Below, piece after piece: positions 23,105 through 34,403 of a stretch of 64,000 bases of DNA. A program made the position numbers and the translations under genes. The DNA is taken from contig OZ244046.1 in NCBI GenBank assembly GCA_965215055.1, positions 548,233 to 612,232 of the forward strand. Reading direction: 5' to 3'. Source of the DNA: Gammaproteobacteria bacterium. Its GTDB lineage: Bacteria; Pseudomonadota; Gammaproteobacteria; UBA4575. The notes under the pieces were generated by a model that had not been told where the DNA came from, did not search any database, and saw only the letters and a list, made by a program, of their open reading frames with translations. Position 1 is the first letter of the stretch. Every line of letters begins with the position of its first letter.

Positions 23105-23665
23105 TCAAGCCCGCTTGCCACTATGCCGCGCGGCACGTCTGGAGCGTTCTTCCATCAAATAATCCAGACCACTGGCAACCGTGGTAAATACCGTAAATCC
23201 TATCAATACCGGCATCACTATGACAGACAACGTATTGAGTTGATTGTAGATTACGGCAAAGACCAGTACGATTTGCGTACACGTATTGACTTTACTGATA
23301 AGCGTCGGCTGGATATCCAGTCGACGTGTAGCAAAGTTATAAGAAAGTGCGCCAGCTAACAGCGCAACGTCTCGAAGTATGACGATAAATACCAGCCAAT
23401 GAGGTAAAAGATTCAGCGCACCCAACGTAACATAGGCACAAATCAACATGGCCTTATCTGCCGCAGGGTCCAGGTAAGCACCCAGGGTAGTTTTCCAATC
23501 AAATGCCTTGGCCAGGTAGCCATCCAACGCATCCGACAGGCCCATAAGGAAAAACAGTAACAGAGCGTTATAGAATTGCCCGTCAAGCAACCACCATACC
23601 AATAGCGGCACAGCAGCAAATCGAGCAGCCGTAATAAGGTTGGGAATTAACCTCCAATAAGACAT
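23105..23665 (-). CDS. CDP-alcohol phosphatidyltransferase family protein
   Basis: PNLIT, SDALDGYLAK...GAYLDPAADK signature. Confidence 0.92.
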   Translation of the reverse strand: MSYWRLIPNLITAARFAAVPLLVWWLLDGQFYNALLLFFLMGLSDALDGYLAKAFDWKTTLGAYLDPAADKAMLICAYVTLGALNLLPHWLVFIVILRDVALLAGALSYNFATRRLDIQPTLISKVNTCTQIVLVFAVIYNQLNTLSVIVMPVLIGFTVFTTVASGLDYLMEERSRRAARHSGKRA

Positions 23666-23868
23666 GCTATGTCCTACTCCCCCCTCATGACATACAATAT
23701 CAATGCCGTACTGTTATACATTATATTATCGGCATTCGGATAGTATAAGTATCTGGGTTACTAAGCAACGGGACATCATAACAATACCGATTCTTTTGAA
23801 AACATATTCTCATGACGGCCAATGTTTTCAAACAGTTATATAAATATTCTAAAATAGATTAGCAGACA

Positions 23869-24894
23869 ATGGGACTCACTTACAAAAATGCTGGTGTTGA
23901 CATTGATATCGGCAACAAACTCATAAACTCGATCAAACCGTCAGTATACTCCACCTACCGCTCAGAAGTGCTCTCCAGCATCGGTGGGTTTAACGGGCTT
24001 TTTGCCCTGCGACATCATGAATACAAGCAACCCGTCCTGGTTGCGGGCACAGACGGCGTAGGGACAAAACTGCATTTGGCGCAGCAGCTTGACCAACATT
24101 CCACCATCGGCATCGACCTGGTAGCAATGTGCGTAAATGACGTGATCGTGCAAGGGGCAGAACCGCTGTTCTTCCTGGACTACCTCGCAACGGGGAAACT
24201 CACCATTAAGGAAGCTCAAGCAGTGATTGAAGGCATTGCAGAGGGATGTCGTGAAGCCGGTGCCGCCCTGCTCGGTGGTGAAACCGCCGAGATGCCGGGA
24301 ATGTATGACAACGGCGCGTATGACTTGGCAGGTTTTTGCGTAGGAGTGGCAGACCAACAGGACCTGATTGATGGAAGTGGCATCATTGAAGGAGACCTGG
24401 TCATCGGGCTTCCATCCAGTGGCGTTCATTCAAACGGCTATTCACTGGTTCATAAAATCATGGAAACAACTGCCACCTCGGTCCATGAAAAATTTGGCGA
24501 GAAAACCCTGGGGGAAATACTGCTTACTCCCACCATAATTTACGCGAACGTTGTATTGCAACTGGCCAAAACACTCAACGTACATGGCCTGTGTCACATC
24601 ACAGGAGGAGGCTTGCTCGAAAACGTGCCCAGAATTATTCCTGATGGACTGGCTGCAAATATTGATTCTACGACGTGGATTCGCCCGGAAATTTTCGATT
24701 GGCTGCAACAGGTGGGCAAGATCGATAATAAAGAGATGTACCGGGTTTTCAACTGCGGAATAGGAATGCTTGTCATCCTGCCAGAAAAGCAGGCCGAGCA
24801 AGCCATCGAGATTTGTCAACAAGCGGCCCACCAGGCAAAAATAATCGGCGAGATTACTACATCATCCTCCAGGAACAAGATAGCGCTGCAGTAG
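23869..24894 (+). CDS. purM: Phosphoribosylformylglycinamidine cyclo-ligase
   Basis: YKNAGVDI, TDGVGTK, GGETAEMPG, HSNGYSL, HITGGG, FNCGIG. Confidence 0.97.
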   Translation: MGLTYKNAGVDIDIGNKLINSIKPSVYSTYRSEVLSSIGGFNGLFALRHHEYKQPVLVAGTDGVGTKLHLAQQLDQHSTIGIDLVAMCVNDVIVQGAEPLFFLDYLATGKLTIKEAQAVIEGIAEGCREAGAALLGGETAEMPGMYDNGAYDLAGFCVGVADQQDLIDGSGIIEGDLVIGLPSSGVHSNGYSLVHKIMETTATSVHEKFGEKTLGEILLTPTIIYANVVLQLAKTLNVHGLCHITGGGLLENVPRIIPDGLAANIDSTTWIRPEIFDWLQQVGKIDNKEMYRVFNCGIGMLVILPEKQAEQAIEICQQAAHQAKIIGEITTSSSRNKIALQ

Positions 24895-24898
24895 TATC

Positions 24899-25570
24899 AT
24901 GGCAGACGGTTTCTGCAACATTGCCGTTTTAATTTCCGGAAACGGCAGCAACCTGCAAGCTATCATTGACCACGTTCAGCAAGGCCACGTCAATGCCAAC
25001 ATCGCTTGCGTGATCAGCAATAATAAAGATGCCCATGGCCTGGTTCGTGCAACTCAGGCACACGTGCCCGTACACGTTATCGAACATACGCACTACCCTT
25101 CACGAGAGGCATTTGACGCAGAACTTGTCGCGACCCTGGGCACCTATGATCTTGACCTGGTTTTTCTGGCAGGCTTCATGCGTATACTGAGCAAAGTATT
25201 CGTAGATGAATATCGAGACAGAATCCTGAACATTCACCCTTCTCTGCTACCCAAGTTCCCTGGCCTGCATACACACAGGCGCGTGCATGAAGCAGGTGAA
25301 ACAGAGCATGGTTGCAGCGTGCACTTCGTAACACCTGACCTGGATGAAGGCCCCCTGGTCATACAGGCGAAAATACCCGTAAACGACTCAGACGATCCGA
25401 AAAGTCTTGCGAAGCGTTTACTGGAGAAAGAGCATACTGTTTGCCCGCTGGCGGTAAAATGGTTCAGTGAAGGCAGACTATCCTGTGTCAATGAAACTGT
25501 ATATTTTGACAACAAGCCTCTCCTTACACCCATATTACTGGCATCAGAACATGAAATAGAACTGCAATGA
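24899..25570 (+). CDS. purN: Phosphoribosylglycinamide formyltransferase
   Basis: ISGNGSNLQA, LAGFMRIL, NIHPSLLP, LDEGP. Confidence 0.97.
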   Translation: MADGFCNIAVLISGNGSNLQAIIDHVQQGHVNANIACVISNNKDAHGLVRATQAHVPVHVIEHTHYPSREAFDAELVATLGTYDLDLVFLAGFMRILSKVFVDEYRDRILNIHPSLLPKFPGLHTHRRVHEAGETEHGCSVHFVTPDLDEGPLVIQAKIPVNDSDDPKSLAKRLLEKEHTVCPLAVKWFSEGRLSCVNETVYFDNKPLLTPILLASEHEIELQ

Positions 25571-26301
25571 ACAAGACCGTTGCTCTGATCGCTATCTTTC
25601 TCTCGTGCATGGCCACGAGCCAAGCCGGTCCCGTACTGACTCTAAACGAAGAGAGCCTTCCGCCTGAATTCAAGGCCACGTATGACATCCAAAAAGGCGG
25701 TATGCACATTGGGGAAATGCAGGTGAGCCTGAGAAAAATCGGCGACCAGCTCATCTACGAATCGATCACCAATCCAACAAATCTTGCCACACTTTTCCTT
25801 GGTACGCAGATGACCGACCGCGCCGTGCTGAGACGCATTGACAAAGACTACCGGATTTCAGAATTCAAACGCGAAGTGCAAGGCAGTACCAAAAATCGCC
25901 ATGAACACTACATGTTCGACTGGAACAGTAACAAGGCCAGCGTTCGATACAAAGACAGAAGCGATACCCTGGATATTCCTCCCTACACGTTTGACAATTT
26001 TTCCGTACAACTGTTACTTATGCGCAGACCCGATAACAAAAACACGGAAAACAGGTTTTCAGTAATCAGTAAAGGCCGTCTAAAGGAATACGTATATAAA
26101 CCAGTGCCTGGTGAATTACTGGAGACAAAGCTCGGCAGGCTTCTTACAAATAAATATATTCGTGAAAAAAACAACGAAAAGAAAACAACCTACCTTGGCT
26201 GGTATGCCGAATCCCTGCACTACATACCGGTTAAACTGGACAAAATTGAAAATGGGAAAGTAGACGTTTCCATTCAAATTACGGCAATTACCTGGCTTTA
26301 A
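25567..26301 (+). CDS. DUF3108-like exported protein
   Basis: Signal peptide, FKATY, FDW, TKLG, WYAESLHYIPVKL; usual position after purN. Confidence 0.75.
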   Translation: MNKTVALIAIFLSCMATSQAGPVLTLNEESLPPEFKATYDIQKGGMHIGEMQVSLRKIGDQLIYESITNPTNLATLFLGTQMTDRAVLRRIDKDYRISEFKREVQGSTKNRHEHYMFDWNSNKASVRYKDRSDTLDIPPYTFDNFSVQLLLMRRPDNKNTENRFSVISKGRLKEYVYKPVPGELLETKLGRLLTNKYIREKNNEKKTTYLGWYAESLHYIPVKLDKIENGKVDVSIQITAITWL

Positions 26302-26313
26302 TTTCCACCGCAG

Positions 26314-27651
26314 TCAATTACCTGCCACCATCATTGCATCCATTAATATCGACGGAGTAATGACGTTACTGCGCCGATCAACGTCATTGCCGGCTGCAAG
26401 TATTTTCTGAAACATATCTTTCAGGTTTCCAGAAACGGTAATCTCCTCGACAGGGTGCTGAATTTCACCATCTTCAATCCAGTATCCTGCCGCGCCACGC
26501 GAGTAATCACCGGTTACATTATTCACGCCGTGACCGATAAGCTCCGTTATCAGCAAGCCTTGCTGCATGCTTTTCATCAGCTCACGCAGCGTCTGGTCAC
26601 CCGGCTGTAACGTGAGATTATGCACTCCACCTGCATTACCGGTAGATTCCATGCCCAGCTTTCGCGCCGAGTAGCTGCTTAACACGTATCCCCTTAAAAT
26701 TCCGGCTTCCACCAGCGTACGCGGCTGCGTTGCAACGCCCTCCAGGTCAAAAGAGCTGCTACCGAACCCCTCCTTGACGTGCGGGTCCTCAGTAATCGTT
26801 ACCAGTTCGGAAAACACCTTTTTATCCAGTTGGTCCAACAAAAAAGAGGCCTTGCGGTACAAGGCACCGCCACTGATTGCAGAGATAAAATGCGACAACA
26901 GGGAACGTGCCACACCGGCCTCAAAAATCACCGGCGTAGTGCGCGTTGACAGCTTCCTGGCACCCAACCGATTTACAGTGCGCGTTGCAGCCTTCTTACC
27001 AACCACCACCGAGGATTCCAGCCTGGCTGGATTACGCGAGGCAGTAAACCAATAGTCTCTCTGCATGGCGCCGTCCTGTTCAGCAACAACGACACAGGAA
27101 AGGTTATGTCGGGTAGATACATAGTCACCGATAAACCCGTGAGTATTCCCATAGATGCTCGTGTTGCGCGAAGTAGTTACGGTCGCGCCTTCCGAATTTG
27201 AAACCTGTTCAAATTCACGCGCGGCATCCTCGCACTCTATGGCAACGTCCAGTGCCTCTTCCGGGGAGAGTTGCCAGGGATGATCAAGCTCCAGGTCCTG
27301 GATCGAAGTTGCCATACGGTCCACGTCCGCAAGCCCGGCAAAGTTATCTTCCTGGGTAAACCTTGCAATATCACAGGCTGCGGAAACCGCATCCTTGATT
27401 GCTGCAAGCTCAAAGCCCGTCGTGCTCGCAGTGCCTTTTTTCTTACCGATATAAACCGTAATCGACAATGCATGGTCATTATGGTGTTCCAGGGTTTCCA
27501 CCTCGCCAAGACGCGCCGTAACGGATAAGCCTTTCTCAATATTGGCCAGGGCCTCGGCACTGGTTGCACCTCGACTTTTTGCCTCGTGCAGGCAGAATCG
27601 CACCAGGTTATTCAGATCTTCAGTAGCACGAGGTGCCTCTTGCAACTCCAT
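26314..27651 (-). CDS. pmbA: Metalloprotease subunit PmbA/TldE
   Basis: MQRDYW, GGALYRKASFL, FDLEGV, TGNAGG, TGDYSRGAAG. Confidence 0.95.
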   Translation of the reverse strand: MELQEAPRATEDLNNLVRFCLHEAKSRGATSAEALANIEKGLSVTARLGEVETLEHHNDHALSITVYIGKKKGTASTTGFELAAIKDAVSAACDIARFTQEDNFAGLADVDRMATSIQDLELDHPWQLSPEEALDVAIECEDAAREFEQVSNSEGATVTTSRNTSIYGNTHGFIGDYVSTRHNLSCVVVAEQDGAMQRDYWFTASRNPARLESSVVVGKKAATRTVNRLGARKLSTRTTPVIFEAGVARSLLSHFISAISGGALYRKASFLLDQLDKKVFSELVTITEDPHVKEGFGSSSFDLEGVATQPRTLVEAGILRGYVLSSYSARKLGMESTGNAGGVHNLTLQPGDQTLRELMKSMQQGLLITELIGHGVNNVTGDYSRGAAGYWIEDGEIQHPVEEITVSGNLKDMFQKILAAGNDVDRRSNVITPSILMDAMMVAGN

Positions 27652-29093
27652 CAGCTTGCAGTTCCACCGACGGTAAGCCCATTGATCAACAAGGTAGGCT
27701 GCCCTACCCCGACGGGAACACTCTGCCCCTCCTTACCGCACGTACCCACGCCCGTATCAAGCTGCAAGTCATTGCCAACCATACTCACGCGCGTTAACAC
27801 GTCTGGTCCGTCACCAATAAGTGTTGCACCCTTTACAGGCTTGGTGACTTTACCTTTCTCAATCATATAGGCCTCTGAAGCAGAAAACACGAACTTGCCC
27901 GAAGTAATATCTACCTGGCCTCCACCAAAGTTGACGGCATAAAACCCGGAATCTACGGAACTGATAATTTCATCCGGATCATACTTTCCTGCAAGCATGT
28001 ACGTATTTGTCATGCGCGGCATCGGCAGATGTGCATAAGACTCACGCCTTCCATTACCAGTGGATACTGTATTGGACAACTTGGCGTTGAGCCCGTCATA
28101 CATGAAGCCTTTAAGAATCCCGTCTTCGATCAGCGTCGTGCATTGCGTCGGGGCACCTTCATCATCGATATTAAGCGAGCCCCTGCGATCAGGCAGGGTA
28201 CCATCATCAACTACCGTAACTCCCTTACTTGCAACCTGCTCACCAATGCGGCCACTGAACGCCGACGTGCCCTTGCGGGTAAAATCACCTTCCAGCCCGT
28301 GGCCGATAGCTTCGTGCAGAAGAACGCCTGGCCACCCAGGTCCCAGCACAACGTTCATATTGCCGGCGGGTGCGGCCACGGCCTCCAGGTTAAGCAACGC
28401 CATGCGCACCGCTTCATGTACATAGGTATGCGCAAGGTTATCCTTGATAAAATACTCATAGTTCACACGTCCGCCACCACCGGCGGTGCCCTGTTCGAGA
28501 CGCCCGCCCTGTTCCGCAATCACCGCCACGTTCAGTCTTACCAGCGGACGTACATCGGCGGCCATGAGACCATCACTATTCGCGATCAGAACAACTTCAT
28601 GGCTACCTGCCAGTGACACCATCACCTGCTTGATGCGGTCATCTTGCTTGCGCGCCAACTCATCAAGTGTACGCAACAACTCAACCTTGTCGACCTCGGC
28701 AATGGACTCAAGGGGACTATCTGCCGGATACAGGTTATTACCTGCCTTGGACCTCCATGCCTGGACCTGCCCACCTCGGGCTCCTCGTGCAATAGCGCGC
28801 GCAGCTTTGCACGATTCCAGCAGTGCGGACAACACGATTTCATCAGAATAGGCAAAACCACTTTTATCATCCTTGACTGCGCGTATACCTACACCCTGGC
28901 TGACGTTATAACTTGCATCCTTGACAATGCCGTCTTCCAGGGACCAGGTTTCCTGCTTGCGCAACTGAAAATAGATGTCGCCACTATCCGCGGCAGAATC
29001 AAGCAACGTCGAAAACGCCTGTGTCAAGTGAGACTCGTCCAACCCTGAAGGATTCAGAATAGAATTCCGTGCCAGCTCTAATGATTTTCCCAT
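27651..29093 (-). CDS. tldD: Metalloprotease TldD
   Basis: [13 protein letters not shown] (HExxxH), [26 protein letters not shown]. Confidence 0.97.
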   Translation of the reverse strand: MGKSLELARNSILNPSGLDESHLTQAFSTLLDSAADSGDIYFQLRKQETWSLEDGIVKDASYNVSQGVGIRAVKDDKSGFAYSDEIVLSALLESCKAARAIARGARGGQVQAWRSKAGNNLYPADSPLESIAEVDKVELLRTLDELARKQDDRIKQVMVSLAGSHEVVLIANSDGLMAADVRPLVRLNVAVIAEQGGRLEQGTAGGGGRVNYEYFIKDNLAHTYVHEAVRMALLNLEAVAAPAGNMNVVLGPGWPGVLLHEAIGHGLEGDFTRKGTSAFSGRIGEQVASKGVTVVDDGTLPDRRGSLNIDDEGAPTQCTTLIEDGILKGFMYDGLNAKLSNTVSTGNGRRESYAHLPMPRMTNTYMLAGKYDPDEIISSVDSGFYAVNFGGGQVDITSGKFVFSASEAYMIEKGKVTKPVKGATLIGDGPDVLTRVSMVGNDLQLDTGVGTCGKEGQSVPVGVGQPTLLINGLTVGGTAS

Positions 29094-29131
29094 ATCTTCC
29101 CCTGGATATCGTGTTTGATAATTACAGACGC

Positions 29132-29947
29132 CTATTTTAACCGCCGGTGCTGGATGCAGGGAAAAGTTTTACGTCTTGATTGCAAATATTGCAAACTGAT
29201 GTCCGCGGTCGCTATCCCGGAACCGTGTTTAATACGGCTTAAAATCGTTCCCCAGGGATCAACAACCATACTGTCCCCAAAAGTTGCCCGGCCGTTGACG
29301 TGATACCCGCCCTGTGCCGAAGCAATCACATAAACCACGTTTTCAATTGCACGGGCCCGGAGCAAACTCTCCCAGTGCGCCTGGCCGGTAGCAGCCGTAA
29401 ACGCAGCGGGCAACGCCACGATCTCAGCACCCAAATCCAGCAGCCCCCGAAACAACTCGGGGAAACGCAGGTCATAACACACTGCCAACCCGATTTTACC
29501 GAAAGGCGAATCCACCACCTTTATACCTGAATCTCCATACTCGATTGTTTCCGATTCATTATAGCTCTCACCCGTATCGACAAGATCAACGTCAAACAAA
29601 TGGATCTTGTCATAGCGTTCAACCCGGTTTCCCTTGTTGTCATACACCATGCAGGCAGCATATATCTTTTTGGGGTCCGGGCATTCCAGCGGCACCGTGC
29701 CTCCCACCAGCCACGCATCGTGTTGCCTTGCCTGTTCAGACAGGAATTTTTGTATGGGTCCATCACCCTCGACTTCCCGCACGGCTACTTTATCTTCTTC
29801 CGTGATACCCATGATCGCAAAATTTTCCGGCAATACGATCAACTCGGCACCGGCACGTGCAGCTTGTGCAATCAAGCGATCTGCTGCATGCAGGTTTGCA
29901 TCGATATTCGGGCCCGATGCCATTTGTACGGCTGCAACTTTACTCAT
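29132..29947 (-). CDS. Carbon-nitrogen hydrolase (Nit1/YbeM-like)
   Basis: [29 protein letters not shown] (Glu-Lys-Cys triad). Confidence 0.92.
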   Translation of the reverse strand: MSKVAAVQMASGPNIDANLHAADRLIAQAARAGAELIVLPENFAIMGITEEDKVAVREVEGDGPIQKFLSEQARQHDAWLVGGTVPLECPDPKKIYAACMVYDNKGNRVERYDKIHLFDVDLVDTGESYNESETIEYGDSGIKVVDSPFGKIGLAVCYDLRFPELFRGLLDLGAEIVALPAAFTAATGQAHWESLLRARAIENVVYVIASAQGGYHVNGRATFGDSMVVDPWGTILSRIKHGSGIATADISLQYLQSRRKTFPCIQHRRLK

Positions 29948-29998
29948 GTAAAAAACTACCGGTTAAGCGAGGGCAAGATAATCTGCTCTATGACGGGA

Positions 29999-32900
29999 TC
30001 AAGGCTGGTCCTGATCAGGTGGACTTTCTTCAACTTTATCAGGCGAGCTTGCTTCAACTTTTGCAATAGGCTCGATTTTTGGATCATCCCAACTTCCCGT
30101 CAGGGAGTACTTGACTTCCGTTACCTTGTTCACGTCGATACCGATTTTGCTTGCCACTTTTTCACCAATATATACACCAACCGCACCGATCGGACCCCCA
30201 ACTGCCAAACCCACCCAGGGCAGCCCGCCTGCTACATGGGGCGTTACCGTAACGACCTGGTCATAATCCCTGGCTGCAATTCCAGTCCTTCCCTCAATCA
30301 GGATATCAGCCGAAGGCCCTTTAATAGACAGGTTCTCAGTAGTTAAATTCGCATCCTTAAAAAACAGGTCTCCCCGGATTTTTTCGAATGTATAACCCTT
30401 GGAGAAAAAATCAGTAAAGTCCAGAGAAAGACGCCTGGAAATTTCGCCTAAATTAAACAAACCGACCAGGCGTCCAACCTCACCGGGTTCCACGGACGAT
30501 ATCTTCCCATCATTGAGCCTGAGGTTCGTCGTACCTGTAAGAGATTCAGCGGAAAACTGGTACGGCGTATCCGGCCAATTGAATTTTGCGGTAACCCTGC
30601 CTCGCCCTTCGCTTACTGCGCTCTCAAACCCGAGGCCGACCAGGCTGTCATGTAAATTTTGAGTTTTCACGACAATATCCAGGTCGGTATTGTGCGTATT
30701 CTTTTCATCAACTACCCAGGTTCCTTCCATCTTGACCTGCATATCCTCACCTTCACCGGTCAGGGAGTTGATCTTCATTCCATCATCAACGGGTATGGTT
30801 TTCAGCACAACGTTACGGAAAGGATACTCATCAAACTCGAACTGCTTCGCATGAACTTCCAGTGCCAGCAATTTACGCGGGTCCAGCTCAATAATTTCCT
30901 CTTCCGGCTTACTAATATAAAGATAATCAAAATCTGCGGTTACAATACCGGCCGTACTGGAATTCAACGGGTAGCTGAAACTCCCTTTTGCCACGGACGA
31001 GTCGATTTTTCCCGTCCAGGACTTCGCCTCCTTCAGTAACTGGAAATCGACGTCCCTGATATCCAGGTCAGACAAGAAAATCCTGTCGGATTGTACGTCG
31101 ACCTCGCTCAACTCCAGGAAGCCATTGCCGCCGGATGATTTAAATACACCTTCCCAATCAGTCGGGTTTAGCTGATTGAATACCCCTGAGATCTTTAACC
31201 CTTTTTTCGGCAAACTGAATTGATCATCTCCCATGCGCAACTCCATTGCAGAGATAGTGCTTTCCGTCTCATCGAAAGACGCCTGCATAAACAGCCTGTC
31301 GTCAAAGTTTGCAAATAATGACTGTTTTTCCCCCGCCTGGTATTTCGTGTGCAGGGCAAACTGCTTGTCGTCATCAACTTCCTTGTAAAAAGGTTTAGGC
31401 AAATCAATCGAAGTGCCGCGCAAATTGCTGTCAACGTTTACCGACATTGATTTATCGCCGTCGTGTTTGCCGAATCGCGGCAAATTTATCGTAGCCCTTA
31501 CAGGCGCAGTGCCCTTGATGTATTTACCTGCTTGCTCATAATTATTGGCAGCCAGGTAAGCATCGACGTTAAAATCGCCCACGATAGTCAACAACGTACC
31601 CCCACCCTTCAGGCTTCGGGCATCAGCATTGAAAACGGACCCGTGTAAAACGGCACTCAGGCCCTGGGCTTCCAATTCATGGCGGTCGAATTTCAATTTT
31701 CCTTTCAGATTCTTGAACGGGAGTGCCGCCGACGTTACCGTCAGGTCCGTATCATCAAACTCTATAACCCCCTTCACGGCTCTCTCTTTCTCCAGCTTCC
31801 TGGTAAGAGTCAATACGAGACCCAAATCCAGTTTTGTATTGCCGGCAAGGGAAATATGCCTGGGAATCCGGCTGTTTTGCGGCATCAGTGAAGACTGCTG
31901 CAGGTAATCCAGAATATCTCCGGCAGGACCGGATACCTCGCCATCAATGACCAATCGGGGTAATTTCAGATTATCAATTGTGGCCGTAACCTGATCGATG
32001 GAGGAGTTCAGTATCGTCCCCTGGCGTCCGGAAACCACCAGGCGTCCATTTTCAATCGTCAGGCCTGCATGAAGGTCATGCACGTTTGGCCAATCCTTGA
32101 AGTAATTCAGAATGCCGTCTTCTACACTTGCAACGGCCTGGAACACACCGGAGTGATCCTTGAACGGGAAGTGTTCAGGATTTCCTCGAAATACAAACCT
32201 GGCATTTTTCAGCGCGCCACCACTTACGCTCTCCTTTAACCACTTCGCCAGTTTCGGGTTCATCTTCCTCAATGGCAGGTAGTCCCTGGTTATTGCAAGC
32301 CGGGCTTCCGGCACTTCGCCTTGCAGGTCCAGATAGAGCTTCCCGTCATCGACTCGAACATGGCCCTGCAAACCGGCGTCGATTCCCGGTGCCTCAAGCG
32401 AGACGTTTTCCAGCGATGTAACAATGCCATGATCCGTGTGTTTCCATTTAATTGCACCGGCGACTTTCTGGCCTGCAAATGCACTATCCCAAACACTGCC
32501 TGCCTGGATACGCAAGTCAGGAGCATCTATTTCCAGGCTACCTTGCAAGTGATTGCCATAAGCCGTGCCGTTCAAAGACGAAGCTTCAAACTCCTGGTCG
32601 GGAATGGATACCTGTACATCCTGCAAAGAAGTCTTGTACGAGTATTTTGACAGTTGCCCGTCATCCCAACGGGTCAGGATATTGGTACTATCAAAAACTC
32701 CGCCTATCCGTACCTTGGCACGCAGTTGCTCCAATGGTGCCGTGAAGACCGAATAATGCTGTAACGTCGAGAGCAGATGATTGGAGTCAACATAGTCCAG
32801 GGCGGCCGCGACAGAAAAACTCGAACCGTCGCAGTCAATACACCTGATTTCATATTGCTTGCCAAACCATTGCTCACCAGCGGCCTGGACGGTGCTGTCA

Positions 32901-33841
32901 GTCAATGCCAGGTGCCAATTTTCTTCTTCACCTTTGACCAGGAAGCGTGTATCAAGAGAGGTTATCTCCTGCCCGACCGAGACACCTTCTATCGGTCTTT
33001 TCACGTGATGATACTGCAAGTCTCGAACGCTCAACCTGCCGTTGAATGAACGTTGCAAGGAAGAATTGAAGTCCCCCCACACTTCAAAGTCGGAACTACC
33101 TGCTTTAATCCCGGCTTGAAGATGAGGGAAAAAATCACCCAGCAACTCAAGATTGATACTATTACCTTGCGCGTACAAATTTCCTTCCACGTTATCCAGG
33201 CCTTGCTCGAGATTGTGCACGTCTGCAACCAGGGTAAACGAATCCCCCAGGGTTTCCGGCAAGAAAATTTTCGAGGAGACTTTGAGTCGGTCTTGATAAA
33301 AACCAAGCGCGACGTCTACGTGGTCAAAAAAATAATCCAGGTTTCTCACGTCATCCCTGATAGAAATCGTACTGCCCACAAAGCTTATTTCAGTTTCCTG
33401 CTCCAATGCTTCCTTGCCTGCAAACTTTTCACTAACGTCAATTCCACTCAGCATTATCCTTTTATCCGCGGTTCGCACCGCTTTCAGATCGCTGCCGACC
33501 AACGTCAGGCGACGAATATCGAACCTTTTATGAACCAGGCTCGCGTAAAGATCGAACAGCAGGTGCGCTTCCTTCGCAAACAAAAGCTGCTCGGCCCTGG
33601 TTTCATCGGCATATATCGTCAAATCTTTTACCGTCACATACGGCGTATAGCCATACCAGGTAAAATCAATACCTCCGGTGTGTACAGGCTTGCCTATAAC
33701 GGACGAAATATTCTGCTGTATGACCGGCAGGTGGCGCTCATAAAGTGACGAGTAACCACGTATAACACCAACTGCAATGGCCACAAGTACCAGGATGCTT
33801 ACAATAAAATACCAGCCAGTCAATGCCAGTTTGCGCCACAT
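29999..33841 (-). CDS. yhdP: AsmA-like phospholipid transport protein YhdP
   Basis: 1280 aa, N-terminal TM, FPF, RRLSLDFTDFF, YSLTGSWDDP; upstream of nit-tldD. Confidence 0.9.
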   Translation of the reverse strand: MWRKLALTGWYFIVSILVLVAIAVGVIRGYSSLYERHLPVIQQNISSVIGKPVHTGGIDFTWYGYTPYVTVKDLTIYADETRAEQLLFAKEAHLLFDLYASLVHKRFDIRRLTLVGSDLKAVRTADKRIMLSGIDVSEKFAGKEALEQETEISFVGSTISIRDDVRNLDYFFDHVDVALGFYQDRLKVSSKIFLPETLGDSFTLVADVHNLEQGLDNVEGNLYAQGNSINLELLGDFFPHLQAGIKAGSSDFEVWGDFNSSLQRSFNGRLSVRDLQYHHVKRPIEGVSVGQEITSLDTRFLVKGEEENWHLALTDSTVQAAGEQWFGKQYEIRCIDCDGSSFSVAAALDYVDSNHLLSTLQHYSVFTAPLEQLRAKVRIGGVFDSTNILTRWDDGQLSKYSYKTSLQDVQVSIPDQEFEASSLNGTAYGNHLQGSLEIDAPDLRIQAGSVWDSAFAGQKVAGAIKWKHTDHGIVTSLENVSLEAPGIDAGLQGHVRVDDGKLYLDLQGEVPEARLAITRDYLPLRKMNPKLAKWLKESVSGGALKNARFVFRGNPEHFPFKDHSGVFQAVASVEDGILNYFKDWPNVHDLHAGLTIENGRLVVSGRQGTILNSSIDQVTATIDNLKLPRLVIDGEVSGPAGDILDYLQQSSLMPQNSRIPRHISLAGNTKLDLGLVLTLTRKLEKERAVKGVIEFDDTDLTVTSAALPFKNLKGKLKFDRHELEAQGLSAVLHGSVFNADARSLKGGGTLLTIVGDFNVDAYLAANNYEQAGKYIKGTAPVRATINLPRFGKHDGDKSMSVNVDSNLRGTSIDLPKPFYKEVDDDKQFALHTKYQAGEKQSLFANFDDRLFMQASFDETESTISAMELRMGDDQFSLPKKGLKISGVFNQLNPTDWEGVFKSSGGNGFLELSEVDVQSDRIFLSDLDIRDVDFQLLKEAKSWTGKIDSSVAKGSFSYPLNSSTAGIVTADFDYLYISKPEEEIIELDPRKLLALEVHAKQFEFDEYPFRNVVLKTIPVDDGMKINSLTGEGEDMQVKMEGTWVVDEKNTHNTDLDIVVKTQNLHDSLVGLGFESAVSEGRGRVTAKFNWPDTPYQFSAESLTGTTNLRLNDGKISSVEPGEVGRLVGLFNLGEISRRLSLDFTDFFSKGYTFEKIRGDLFFKDANLTTENLSIKGPSADILIEGRTGIAARDYDQVVTVTPHVAGGLPWVGLAVGGPIGAVGVYIGEKVASKIGIDVNKVTEVKYSLTGSWDDPKIEPIAKVEASSPDKVEESPPDQDQP

Positions 33842-33873
33842 ATAACTTTTACCGACAAATACTCAGCGGGCTG

Positions 33874-34344
33874 CTATTCCCGATGGTAGGGATGCCCCTG
33901 GACAATAGTCCAGGCACGATACAACTGCTCAACGAGCAACACGCGCACCAGCATATGCGGCAAAGTCAAGGAAGACATTGACCATACCAGGTCAGCCTGG
34001 CGCAAGAATTCTTTGGCAAATCCATCCGGACCACCAATGTAAAATGTAACTACTGAAAAAGATTGCAGCCATTGTGCAAGTTTTTCAGCAAGGAAGACCG
34101 TCGTCCACGTTTCTCCGCGTTCATCCAGTACAATGCGCACGCTATTACGCGGGGTACGCTTGATCAAAAGCTGCTGCTCTTGCGCCTGTGCCTGTGCAAC
34201 TGTTCGACTTTTTATGCGCTTGGCAGTTGCAACGGGAATAATTTTTACGCTGCATTCCCGGGGCATCCTGGCAACATACTGGTTGACGCCGGCTTCAACC
34301 CATGATGGTGACTTTTCCCCGACCGCTAATATATTGATTTGCAC
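33874..34344 (-). CDS. rlmH: 23S rRNA pseudouridine-1915 methyltransferase
   Basis: LDERG, IGGPDG, SSLTLPHMLVRV..EQLYRA...HPYHRE; GTG 34344 gives a typical length. Confidence 0.95.
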   Translation of the reverse strand: MQINILAVGEKSPSWVEAGVNQYVARMPRECSVKIIPVATAKRIKSRTVAQAQAQEQQLLIKRTPRNSVRIVLDERGETWTTVFLAEKLAQWLQSFSVVTFYIGGPDGFAKEFLRQADLVWSMSSLTLPHMLVRVLLVEQLYRAWTIVQGHPYHRE

Positions 34345-34403
34345 AACAGCCCTTGCAAAAACCTTGTAAGCCTGATCTCTATACACCTTAACGAATTCTG
34401 CAA

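Noticed and set aside
23711-23730. dif-like TATACATTAT
   Set aside because: Only the core matches; XerC/XerD arms absent
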